Part shown: one piece after another, positions 9,203 through 17,630 of the stretch
Position numbering within the stretch: position 1 is the first letter of the stretch
Layout: each line of letters opens with the position of its first letter
Origin: a virus
Lineage: Duplodnaviria > Caudoviricetes
IMG/VR virus record: IMGVR_UViG_3300022602_000027
Direction: 5' to 3' (one strand)
Length of the DNA stretch: 64,000 nt
The notes under the pieces: generated by a model
Databases searched by the model: none
What the model saw: only the letters and a program-made list of their open reading frames with translations
Told to the model about the DNA's origin: nothing
Position numbers and translations under genes: made by a program

Positions 9203-9231
9203 ATTATATAGGTTTATTTAGGCAATTGCAA
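9203..9231 (-). promoter_or_regulatory. sigma70-type promoter TTGCAA-17-TATAAT (TAAATA in spacer)
   Basis: Directly upstream of the folE SD (AAAGGA). Confidence 0.6.
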
Positions 9232-9432
9232 TATTTTTCCTGCTCGAAGTTGTCGGCAGGCTTCTTTTACTTCAATCGGATAATCAGGCGAGATTTCCGA
9301 TATCGAACAATCATATCTTACAGTCATATGAGGATGTGTATAGTTCCAATAAATTGCAAAAATAATACCTGCAATACCTAATACTATTACACTATAAAAA
9401 TCTAAATTTTGTCTGATAGAAGTATCTTGCAT
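9214..9432 (-). CDS. small membrane protein (72 aa)
   Basis: ORF track; one hydrophobic helix. Confidence 0.55.
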   Translation of the reverse strand: MQDTSIRQNLDFYSVIVLGIAGIIFAIYWNYTHPHMTVRYDCSISEISPDYPIEVKEACRQLRAGKILQLPK

Positions 9433-9647
9433 AAGTCTGCGTCCTTTTTTGATTTAAAATAAAAATCCATTTTGTCCATAGCAGGATGGCTCGTAAAACG
9501 ATCACCTGGTAAACCAAATACTTCTATAACATTGGCACATGCTTCATTCCACCAAAACTTATTTTGGCCTTGCCACGGCAAACTAACTATATAAACAGGA
9601 CCTTCTTGCCTAGCGGCAATAGTCCCTACATTACGATGCTTTTTCAC
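9402..9647 (-). CDS. hypothetical protein (81 aa)
   Basis: ORF track. Confidence 0.55.
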   Translation of the reverse strand: MKKHRNVGTIAARQEGPVYIVSLPWQGQNKFWWNEACANVIEVFGLPGDRFTSHPAMDKMDFYFKSKKDADLCKILLSDKI

Positions 9648-9792
9648 GTTTTTTTAATTCGTTAAGCTCATCTTTTAAGTAGTCAAGATACATAGTTAGT
9701 GCTTCACGACCTTTATCAGTTAACGAGCGTGTAATATCTTCTTGAATCATTTTAATTTTATCTTCAAGTTCTTGTATAGATAACTCTTTCAT
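9631..9792 (-). CDS. small coiled-coil protein (53 aa, not in ORF track)
   Basis: Manual translation MKELSIQELEDKIKMIQEDITRSLTDKGREALTMYLDYLKDELNELKKREKAS; TAATG overlap with the upstream gene. Confidence 0.65.
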   Translation of the reverse strand: MKELSIQELEDKIKMIQEDITRSLTDKGREALTMYLDYLKDELNELKKREKAS

Positions 9793-9986
9793 TATTTCTT
9801 TCCAAAACGTAAACCAGTAATGCTACCTAACAATAAGAAATAAGCAAGCCATGTTTCTAATGTATATGGAATATGTAGCACTGGAAACAGTGTATTTAAA
9901 CTCCATATGCCTACAATAGGCCCAAATACAATAGCAATTACAATGAATGTAATACCAAAAATTAATTTAATTAATGCTGATGTCAT
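9792..9986 (-). CDS. small membrane protein (64 aa)
   Basis: Start moved to ATG 9986 (ATGA overlap with the PRTase stop); two hydrophobic segments. Confidence 0.65.
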   Translation of the reverse strand: MTSALIKLIFGITFIVIAIVFGPIVGIWSLNTLFPVLHIPYTLETWLAYFLLLGSITGLRFGKK

Positions 9987-10477
9987 AACCAAAAATCCTC
10001 CCACGGATAAACTAACCAGCAGTCTTCCTCTGCTTTGTTTACGGTCCAAACATAATAGTCTGGATCTTTAAATTCACTTGAAAAATTGTGTGTCAATACG
10101 GCAAAGCGAACAGTGTCTCCCCAGATGCTTGACCAAGCAGGATGTCCAGGTAATGCGCTTGATTCCCAGTCTTTCTTAATCCAGTTAACAGTAGATCCTT
10201 GATCATTGATATCATCAACAACTAGTATCTTTTTACCTTCAAAAGCATCTTCTGCCATGTTTAAATTACTAACCTTATCTCCACCGTCACGTAAACTAAT
10301 ATCTAAACTGTTCATTTTAATACCAGTATATTGACTTAAGAGATTAGCAGGAACAAGCCCGCCTCTAGTAATGCCTACAATATAATCAGGTTTCCAATTG
10401 TGTGCTGACATTTGGCGAGCAATATCTAATACTGCTCCTTCAACTTGTTGCCAGGTATAATAAACTTTTTTTATCAT
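9983..10477 (-). CDS. purine (xanthine/guanine-type) phosphoribosyltransferase
   Basis: VGITRGGLVPA and PRPP-binding loop ILVVDDINDQGST; C-terminal WLVYPWE typical of Gpt-like enzymes. Confidence 0.88.
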   Translation of the reverse strand: MIKKVYYTWQQVEGAVLDIARQMSAHNWKPDYIVGITRGGLVPANLLSQYTGIKMNSLDISLRDGGDKVSNLNMAEDAFEGKKILVVDDINDQGSTVNWIKKDWESSALPGHPAWSSIWGDTVRFAVLTHNFSSEFKDPDYYVWTVNKAEEDCWLVYPWEDFWL

Positions 10478-10719
10478 AAGAATGTTGGCGTAAATTTTTT
10501 AACTTGTCCACGACTAGATGAAATGCTGTCTACCATTTTATTATAGTCAATTTCGTCTAAGGCTGTTTTGTAAATGCTCATAGCTTGTGCCATCATAATA
10601 GCGGCAACTTCCATAGATCCATAACGTTCAACCATTTCAGTGGTAAATTCTAGATAAGTATCGTACAAATCTTGTAATTCATCACTCATGCTGTTAATCC
10701 GTATGCAAGTGTTTGACAT
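10474..10719 (-). CDS. hypothetical protein (81 aa)
   Basis: ORF track. Confidence 0.6.
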   Translation of the reverse strand: MSNTCIRINSMSDELQDLYDTYLEFTTEMVERYGSMEVAAIMMAQAMSIYKTALDEIDYNKMVDSISSSRGQVKKFTPTFL

Positions 10720-10922
10720 TCTTCTTTAGTCATAAAGAAATTGTATGTTTGACTTTCAACAACTTCTCCGTCTTTCAAAGACTCTTGAACCATGTCAATA
10801 CTAAACAAACCTTTAGGACTTAGTACTTCGTGTTTGTTAAGAGTTAATCGAAATCCTTCGTGCTCTTTGATAACCATTGTTTTAAATGTTCCTCTAACTG
10901 ATTCATGTAGTTCCATCTTCAT
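10686..10922 (-). CDS. hypothetical protein (78 aa)
   Basis: ORF track; SD AAGGAG upstream. Confidence 0.65.
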   Translation of the reverse strand: MKMELHESVRGTFKTMVIKEHEGFRLTLNKHEVLSPKGLFSIDMVQESLKDGEVVESQTYNFFMTKEECQTLAYGLTA

Positions 10923-11265
10923 CTCCTTTTATTGCTTCAAATGTTCTGTATTTGCCTAAAGCGTTAATGTACGCATCGTACAATTCTTTCAGCTTTGGAT
11001 GTTTAGCTTCTAGTTTAACATCTCGTTCGGGAATTTGCAATACCTTTTCGATTGTACTTAACCGTTCTTCCAAATCACGTCCATTAATAACCATATTACC
11101 TTTAACTTCTAGAGTAGGATTATCACCTTGATTGACAACCATTACTGCATCATAAGGACTAGCTACTGATGTTGCTGTAGTCCACGAAGTACCGTTTGAT
11201 CCTGCTGTTAGATATGATCCTGCTGGTATAGTTGGTAATGTTACGTTAGTTGGAAAGTAAGCCAT
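10903..11265 (-). CDS. hypothetical protein (~120 aa)
   Basis: Start moved to ATG 11265 (MAYFP); the track start lies deep inside the cupin gene. Confidence 0.65.
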   Translation of the reverse strand: MAYFPTNVTLPTIPAGSYLTAGSNGTSWTTATSVASPYDAVMVVNQGDNPTLEVKGNMVINGRDLEERLSTIEKVLQIPERDVKLEAKHPKLKELYDAYINALGKYRTFEAIKGDEDGTT

Positions 11266-11734
11266 TCTTTCTATCTGATAAGTATTTTTCAAAGTGGATC
11301 CATTTATTTTTAACAATAAATCCCCACTCACGTTGACGTTTTCCAACAAAGAACAATGTCCATGGAGTAACGCCTTCTGCCAATTCAATACGATGGAAAG
11401 TATGTGTGTTTCCAAAACGGAAACTACCTGGACCACGCCAGTATCTTACTTCGCATGTTTTGATTCCTTCTTCGTTAAACTGAGCAACCCACTCGTAGTA
11501 GCCGCCAGCAAGAATAATAGTAAAGTAGTTCCATGGGTGATCATGCACATCATCTGGATCCGATTTTAAGAACTTGTGTAAGAATACATTGTATGGAAAT
11601 GTTACACGTTCCTTAAACAAGACATAGTAACGTTCTAAATATGGTTCGTTTTCAGTACGATCCATAATAACACGTTTACGGTCATGGCGTTCAAGCCAAT
11701 TAAGGACGTGGTCTTTGATCTTCTGGAGTATCAT
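11246..11734 (-). CDS. cupin-fold metalloprotein
   Basis: HDHPW...YYE and FHRIEL metal-binding cupin pattern. Confidence 0.7.
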   Translation of the reverse strand: MILQKIKDHVLNWLERHDRKRVIMDRTENEPYLERYYVLFKERVTFPYNVFLHKFLKSDPDDVHDHPWNYFTIILAGGYYEWVAQFNEEGIKTCEVRYWRGPGSFRFGNTHTFHRIELAEGVTPWTLFFVGKRQREWGFIVKNKWIHFEKYLSDRKNGLLSN

Positions 11735-12101
11735 AGTGGTCTTTCACTAGTTTGTAAGTTGTTTTAAATTTTTCAAAGGCTATCTTTAAACCTGGATATT
11801 CTTCACACATTTTTTGTATTCGATTAAAATCTGGCATACAGTTCACAAACTCTTCCTGCATCTGCCATTCGTAACCGGTACCAGCGCCTCCGATAGTAAA
11901 TCCTGAACTAGAACTACTAGTTCCGCCACTACTAATAGTAATAGTATTAGCACTAATCCCGCCAATGCCAGCACCGGTATAGTAAAAACTTGTTCCTGTA
12001 GTGTTACCGATAGTAATATTTCCTGAAACTGCTCCGGTGTTTAGTGTAACAGTATCATTGGATGTTATCAAGTAATCCTCTAGCTGAGAAGAAGTTGTCA
12101 T
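11700..12101 (-). CDS. hypothetical protein with Gly/Thr/Ser-rich N-terminal half (133 aa)
   Basis: ORF track. Confidence 0.65.
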   Translation of the reverse strand: MTTSSQLEDYLITSNDTVTLNTGAVSGNITIGNTTGTSFYYTGAGIGGISANTITISSGGTSSSSSGFTIGGAGTGYEWQMQEEFVNCMPDFNRIQKMCEEYPGLKIAFEKFKTTYKLVKDHYDTPEDQRPRP

Positions 12102-13146
12102 GTAAGTCCTTTGCTTGTTTGCGTATGGAAGGTATTCTTGTAGAATAATTATCCATGTGTTCTATTATTTTACGGCATAAGTCTGGTCTGTAAACTGTGT
12201 ATGTGTTAAAATCTTCAGTCCATTTACTGTCGTATTTGAACATGTCGTAATACATTTCTGTGTAACTTAATCTATCTGGAACCATAGGAATAGCGTCAAC
12301 TACCGCACCTTCATAGCAACTAATGCCTAAAGTTTCTTGTAAGTTAGCACTAAACACCATCTTGGCTTCGCCTAACAAGTTATGATATTCATTTTTTGTT
12401 AGTTGTTGATCCTGACACACTACAAATTCATACTGCGGTAAGTGTGTAGCTAAGTCTCTAAAAATCTCAACTTGCTTCTCAGGTGCAATGCGATGAGGAA
12501 AAAGAATTAAATCACGCTTGGGCATATTCTTATACATGGTTAATGTATCATTCATATACTCCATTGGCCAGCCAGTTCGAACATATTTTCCATCTTCTAG
12601 CATATCTGCTTTGTCCTCTTCTTCCCAAGGATTTTCAACCATGCCATCATTTAATAAATTATGATGGAACATATCAATATGGAAAGTAGTGGCAAAGTAA
12701 TTATGATCAAATGCCGCAAAGAATGATTTTTCTGCATGACGTACCCAAGGCTTGTTGCCAACAAGGCGCCCTAAGAAGTCTTGAGGATCATAACTACCGG
12801 CATGCCATAGTCCATGTGTGACTACTGGAATGTTTAGTAGTTCACTCATATATTTTAAGTTTATTATGCCAGGATGCCAAGCATCAGTGAAGATGAAATG
12901 ATCGCCAGGCTGAACTGATCCGGAGCAAAATAGACGCCCCATTTGTTCCACTTGTCGAGACTTATAGATATTGGTGCCGCCAAAATTAAGAAAAGCACCA
13001 GGAGTAGTGGCTGAAGGAATATCCTCAGGGCCAGATATAATTTGAACATTGTGTCCTGCCTTTCGTAAGAGATTAGGTACATGGCGTTTCCATTCGCCAG
13101 TGTACCTTGTCTCAACTGCTTCTAAATCAATTAGAAATACGGTCAT
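12055..13146 (-). CDS. GT-B fold glycosyltransferase (GT4-like)
   Basis: HRIAPEKQVEIF and QETLGISCYEG (E-x7-E) retaining GT-B signatures. Confidence 0.8.
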   Translation of the reverse strand: MTVFLIDLEAVETRYTGEWKRHVPNLLRKAGHNVQIISGPEDIPSATTPGAFLNFGGTNIYKSRQVEQMGRLFCSGSVQPGDHFIFTDAWHPGIINLKYMSELLNIPVVTHGLWHAGSYDPQDFLGRLVGNKPWVRHAEKSFFAAFDHNYFATTFHIDMFHHNLLNDGMVENPWEEEDKADMLEDGKYVRTGWPMEYMNDTLTMYKNMPKRDLILFPHRIAPEKQVEIFRDLATHLPQYEFVVCQDQQLTKNEYHNLLGEAKMVFSANLQETLGISCYEGAVVDAIPMVPDRLSYTEMYYDMFKYDSKWTEDFNTYTVYRPDLCRKIIEHMDNYSTRIPSIRKQAKDLHDNFFSARGLLDNIQ

Positions 13147-13384
13147 TGTTGTATCTCGGATTCTTACCTAGATAAGGCTTACGTTCACCAGTGAACGGTT
13201 TCTTAGGACGACGGCTCTTTTCAAAGTTGCGCCAGACCCAGCTTTCTCTGTTATAGAGATGACTCTCATCGAATGGATGTAATTCCAAACGACACCAGTT
13301 ATGAAAAGCCTCAAGATCGTCAAAGATTTTAACGATATCAGGACGGGTTGAAAAATAACTGATTTCTTTGTAGTTCTTAGCCAT
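13127..13384 (-). CDS. hypothetical protein (85 aa)
   Basis: ORF track. Confidence 0.65.
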   Translation of the reverse strand: MAKNYKEISYFSTRPDIVKIFDDLEAFHNWCRLELHPFDESHLYNRESWVWRNFEKSRRPKKPFTGERKPYLGKNPRYNNDRISN

Positions 13385-13396
13385 TATAGCCTCTTG

Positions 13397-13798
13397 TTAG
13401 TATTTGATAAATGAACCATTTTCTCCATCTTCGGAGACCTCAATCCAAACCTCACGGTCAGGATACTTTTGTGAAATCATGTCATATAAATCATCTGACA
13501 TCATTTCGCAACTTTTATAATCTAGTTTTAGTATACTATCTTTGTATAGATTTTCCACCCAGCGTTTGAACTGGATGAATTCGACATCACGGTCGTTGTG
13601 GGTAACTGAAAGCCAAACGCGAAAATGGAATATATGACGATGAGGAGTAGCCAAAAACGATACATCATATTCATCTCCTGTTGCTAAGTTTGGATCTGTT
13701 GCGGCCGCTGGATAAGCGTGAATGCCTTCTTTCTGGAAAGTAACCCAGATCATTTTGTTTGGTCGAATGTCTTGTTTAATAATCATATTGTTTCCCAC
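13397..13798 (-). CDS. queD: divergent 6-carboxy-tetrahydropterin synthase (QueD-like)
   Basis: EGIH...PHRHIFHF Zn-binding His pattern, NDRDVEF, SCEMMS; context of folE, queE and dpdA. Confidence 0.7.
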   Translation of the reverse strand: MGNNMIIKQDIRPNKMIWVTFQKEGIHAYPAAATDPNLATGDEYDVSFLATPHRHIFHFRVWLSVTHNDRDVEFIQFKRWVENLYKDSILKLDYKSCEMMSDDLYDMISQKYPDREVWIEVSEDGENGSFIKY

Positions 13799-14199
13799 AT
13801 ATTTGGATCTAAATCTACTGCGTTGTCATATCTTGTTAGATGGTCATTGTTTTGAATTGTAACATGTGCATGACAATTACGACATAATACATCTAAATTT
13901 TCTTCATCGCTATTATGACGATTACCGTCAATATGATGAACATCTAGTTGTTCTGGACCAATAATATGTGCTGTACACACAAATCCATATTTTGTAGTTG
14001 TATTAGAACAGCCATTGTTCATTTTCCAGTTATCAACTTCAATCTTTTGACCTCCTCTATGACATTCACAAAACATTTTCCATTTTGCGCCAACTGTAGT
14101 GTTGACTTTTTTATATGTTTTATGAAATCCTACCCTGTTATTACAACCAGGTAATGCACATTTCGGAGCATGATTGTTTATTACTGCACGTTTCCTCAT
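13783..14199 (-). CDS. HNH endonuclease (free-standing, probably homing)
   Basis: DVHHIDGNRHNSDEENLDVLCRNCH; N-terminal CALPGC...CECH Zn-binding pattern. Confidence 0.8.
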   Translation of the reverse strand: MRKRAVINNHAPKCALPGCNNRVGFHKTYKKVNTTVGAKWKMFCECHRGGQKIEVDNWKMNNGCSNTTTKYGFVCTAHIIGPEQLDVHHIDGNRHNSDEENLDVLCRNCHAHVTIQNNDHLTRYDNAVDLDPNMWETI

Positions 14200-14723
14200 T
14201 TTATGATCTCATCATTTGTATATTCATCCCAATTGGTAAAATATTTCCTTTGAGTAATTGCACCAATCGGTACACACCAAACGCCGGGATTTGTGGCGTC
14301 GAAATCTTTATCATCAATCTTAATTGTAGCATTATACCCAAGTTGTCCTATATAAGGCAATTTTACACTAATTTGTGGAATAAATCTACGATGTTCGGTT
14401 AAACCGCTTTCTAATACACCTTCATGTTCACTAACATCAAAGTCTAGAGTACACCAATAACCTGCATCTAAACAACCTTGTATCATGTCTTCCCATGGGC
14501 GCCAACCTGGTATATCATTGACGCCTTTAGTGCCAAAACTTTGATTAGCACCGAAATAGATATGTGTACAATCATTATTTTTAGCAAGGCTAATAATAAC
14601 TTGTTCGTCGTGTGTACCTACTACGAACAAAGTTTTCATACCGTATGCAGGAGTGCGTTCAATTTCAGTACCGACAAAGAATGTTACATCTTCACTAGTA
14701 CCTGTAGTATATTCACGTTTCAT
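14196..14723 (-). CDS. hypothetical protein (175 aa) within the dpd locus
   Basis: ORF track; globular composition; no family recognised. Confidence 0.75.
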   Translation of the reverse strand: MKREYTTGTSEDVTFFVGTEIERTPAYGMKTLFVVGTHDEQVIISLAKNNDCTHIYFGANQSFGTKGVNDIPGWRPWEDMIQGCLDAGYWCTLDFDVSEHEGVLESGLTEHRRFIPQISVKLPYIGQLGYNATIKIDDKDFDATNPGVWCVPIGAITQRKYFTNWDEYTNDEIIK

Positions 14724-14973
14724 TTGTAAATTTCTTTCCTTCTTCCCAATATTTGATCATACGTTGTACATCTTCCATACGTTCTTGTATAACGTGTGGG
14801 GCCTCACGTTCTAATTCTTTTAAATTATGATAGCTAGGATAATGACGTAAACACCAACGAGCTTGTTCACGTATTTCTTTTGGAATACGTGGAGTCTTTT
14901 GAGGATTCATCAGATCCTGCAAAAACTCCTCAGTTCGCTGTATGCTTCTAAAGCGTTCGTCGGGTAATGTCAT
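14713..14973 (-). CDS. hypothetical protein (86 aa)
   Basis: ORF track; ATGA overlap with the dpdA stop; MTLPDER...LRHYP. Confidence 0.7.
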   Translation of the reverse strand: MTLPDERFRSIQRTEEFLQDLMNPQKTPRIPKEIREQARWCLRHYPSYHNLKELEREAPHVIQERMEDVQRMIKYWEEGKKFTNET

Positions 14974-16679
14974 AGTTCAAATAACGATTCGTTGAGTACA
15001 GGTTTAACTGGTTCTTTGACTACTTTTTCAATAGTTAAATTACCTTCAAATTCAATATGCACATCTGCCATTGCACTAGCATTGGTAATTCTATCACCAG
15101 TATTGCCTCTAGTGCCAATGATACGATCAAAATAGTCACCATAGAATTCAATTAAGTCTAAAGCATCTTGTCTATTGTCTATGCTAAAAATTAAATCAAC
15201 GATGTCTTTAAACTTATTTGGACCTGGACTATAATCTCTATGGGTTTTAGTTTCAGCAGTAGTAGCATTTAGCATTGCAGGAATGACACCAGCATCGCTT
15301 TGACGATTGGCTTCTTGCACAGCATTACAATGCATCCAAACATTATGTCCCATCATAATAGCATAAGTGAAACTATCCCAACTAGTACGTCCTTCTTTGC
15401 CTACTTTATTTAGATCGCCGGGTGCGTAGATGCAAATGTCTTTCATTAATACTTGATCCATAATTGGACTAGATTCAAATCTATCAAAAATATTGTCTTG
15501 TACTACTGCGTCTTTAAATAGCCTTGTATCGTTAGCATACTTCTTGTCATCGGCAGATGCTTGCATACGATAGACCCATTTGTCTGCATGTGGAGTTTCT
15601 GTAGCCATATAAATTTGTCCATTAGCAGTTGCTAAGAATGGACTTGCACAGTCAAAACTAATTGTAAAGTCTGGATTGTGATATTTGCGAACAGCACGTT
15701 GAATGTCAGTTAGTAGTACAGCCCATTCTAGTTTGCTAGTACCTAAGAAGTGCATCCAATCTTGGTGCCCTTGTTCTAACAATCCATCAAATCGCAAGTG
15801 TACTAGACGCTTCAACACTAAATGAACATCGCACATATTCTGTCCACCCATTGCCCAACCATTAAATGGTTTGTCATATTTGTTAGGATCGCAGAAATCT
15901 TTCATTTCATTATACCAATCATCTGCATCTGCGTGATTTTCACCTTGTAGAACGTTTAAGAACTTACAAGCACCTGTGCGATGTTTGATCCAATATTCGT
16001 TGTTGTATTTGGTTGCTGATACTGCTTCAGCATATGAGCTGATACCTGTAGCTTTAATACCTGCTGGACTGCGACATACCCATGCTGGAATATCAAGTAC
16101 CATACCATAATCCATATAAGCATCCATCCAACGCAACACTTGATCACGTTTCTTTTGTGCGGCGTCTAATTGTGCTTGATAAAGTTTAGGATGATCTACT
16201 TTGGTATATTTTTGATTACCATTCTTATCAGTTTTAGGATGTCCTGTTGGATGAAATTGCGGAACAAGCTCAACACCTAGGGCATTTACTTCTGCCCACT
16301 TAGCGGCAACTTCTGGCCCATTAGGATCCCGCCACTCGCCTTCCCATACGCCTTTACCAATCTGGAATCCACCTGAATCGCCTAGTACCCAACTAGTTGA
16401 GCGATCTCGATTACGGAACATGTCTTCAGACTCGTCTGGTTTACTCATGTCTAGATTAGCATGTCCAGCTGAGTAAAGACAATGATCATAATAGAACATA
16501 CCTTTCTCTGGTTCGAGATAGTTAAGACTTTCTACACTACCATTAAAACTTGCAGGTAGTCGAGCAGGATCTACGTAATTACTGTAACGCTGTCTACCAA
16601 TAAAAGTAGAATAGAATCCACTAGTTGCTGGCAAAAAGTATGCGTAATCGTTTTGTGTTGCAGTTAAGTTCTTATTCAA
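14970..16679 (-). CDS. dpdA: tRNA-guanine-transglycosylase-family DNA base-exchange enzyme (DpdA-like)
   Basis: TGT motifs VLGDSGGFQ, MVLDIP, LNVLQG, WAMGG, HFLGTS and SFDCASP; clustered with folE, queD and queE. TTG start uncertain. Confidence 0.82.
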   Translation of the reverse strand: MNKNLTATQNDYAYFLPATSGFYSTFIGRQRYSNYVDPARLPASFNGSVESLNYLEPEKGMFYYDHCLYSAGHANLDMSKPDESEDMFRNRDRSTSWVLGDSGGFQIGKGVWEGEWRDPNGPEVAAKWAEVNALGVELVPQFHPTGHPKTDKNGNQKYTKVDHPKLYQAQLDAAQKKRDQVLRWMDAYMDYGMVLDIPAWVCRSPAGIKATGISSYAEAVSATKYNNEYWIKHRTGACKFLNVLQGENHADADDWYNEMKDFCDPNKYDKPFNGWAMGGQNMCDVHLVLKRLVHLRFDGLLEQGHQDWMHFLGTSKLEWAVLLTDIQRAVRKYHNPDFTISFDCASPFLATANGQIYMATETPHADKWVYRMQASADDKKYANDTRLFKDAVVQDNIFDRFESSPIMDQVLMKDICIYAPGDLNKVGKEGRTSWDSFTYAIMMGHNVWMHCNAVQEANRQSDAGVIPAMLNATTAETKTHRDYSPGPNKFKDIVDLIFSIDNRQDALDLIEFYGDYFDRIIGTRGNTGDRITNASAMADVHIEFEGNLTIEKVVKEPVKPVLNESLFEL

Positions 16680-16851
16680 TTTTGCCCCATTTAATCTTTA
16701 ACCAAAGTCTTTCCATAATATAGTGTACAGCAGTTAGAATGACATGTATAAAAATAGCATCGCTTAATCCAGTCCATATGGCAGTTATTAACAATGCTAT
16801 TATTCTATAGCTTAATGCTCTAACTACTGTACGTTTATGAAGTTCAACCAT
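16672..16851 (-). CDS. DUF2061-like small membrane protein (59 aa, not in ORF track)
   Basis: Manual translation MVELHKRTVVRALSYRIIALLITAIWTGLSDAIFIHVILTAVHYIMERLWLKIKWGKIE; R..RA.SYR and YI.ER.W..I.WG pattern. Confidence 0.7.
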   Translation of the reverse strand: MVELHKRTVVRALSYRIIALLITAIWTGLSDAIFIHVILTAVHYIMERLWLKIKWGKIE

Positions 16852-17594
16852 TACTTGCTTTGTGCTGGAAGTATGTATTCGTAAACTGTAGTACCACTGT
16901 CTACAATAATTGCCAACGCACCTGCATCTGCAATCTTCATAGTAATGTCGCCTGACAACGCTAAAATAGCTTGTACTTGATTAACTGGCCATGACCATGT
17001 TTGTTTTAGTTTACCTGTAACACCGCTTTGGAACACAAATGATCCTGCGTGTGTACTTGCATCACCAAATTTAAATACCAAATTACCATTGTCTGTTGAA
17101 ACTTGAAAAACTGTTTCTTCTGTATGTGCCGCCGCCTGATATTTTAAACGCTGGATAGCAGTTACAGTAGGTTCAAATTCTACATCCCATGTTGTACCTT
17201 TGAATTTAACAGTCTTTAATTTTTCTGTAATGACTTCAAGAGTCATAAAACGATAATCGTTTTCGAAATCGCCTGTTGAATTTTGAAAATGTAAACCTGT
17301 CGGAATGTCTTCGCCATTGCGTTGTTGCATAACAACATTGATGCCAGCGCCTTCTTTATATTCCGGGCATTTCAAATGCAAATCTAATTTGTTCAGTTGA
17401 GGCATACCAAATACACCATCTAATCCATCTACTGGATTATGTGTTTTAGCATTAAGGATAACTGAACGATCTTCAGCCATTGATTCAACACTAGTTCCTT
17501 TTGAACTAGCCGTTACCTTAACCAAAGGTAAAAATCCTAAACTATGTGTGTGTGCTACTAAATCTTGTAAAAAGTCTTTCATATGATTCTCCAT
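16851..17594 (-). CDS. probable DNA polymerase sliding clamp (gp45/PCNA-like)
   Basis: About 243 aa with two-domain beta-rich composition; replication context (PolB, RFC-like loader). Assignment is inference. Confidence 0.55.
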   Translation of the reverse strand: MENHMKDFLQDLVAHTHSLGFLPLVKVTASSKGTSVESMAEDRSVILNAKTHNPVDGLDGVFGMPQLNKLDLHLKCPEYKEGAGINVVMQQRNGEDIPTGLHFQNSTGDFENDYRFMTLEVITEKLKTVKFKGTTWDVEFEPTVTAIQRLKYQAAAHTEETVFQVSTDNGNLVFKFGDASTHAGSFVFQSGVTGKLKQTWSWPVNQVQAILALSGDITMKIADAGALAIIVDSGTTVYEYILPAQSK

Positions 17595-17602
17595 GTTTTA
17601 TT

Positions 17603-17630
17603 ATTATACAGTATTTTGTGACTATGTCAA
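17603..17630 (-). promoter_or_regulatory. sigma70-type promoter TTGACA-16-TATAAT
   Basis: Upstream of the clamp-DUF2061-dpdA run. Confidence 0.65.

Noticed and set aside
14970-16679. Calling this gene a canonical tRNA-guanine transglycosylase (tgt)
   Set aside because: It lacks the CxCxxC...H Zn site of bacterial Tgt, is much longer, and sits among DNA replication and deazaguanine synthesis genes, favouring DpdA.
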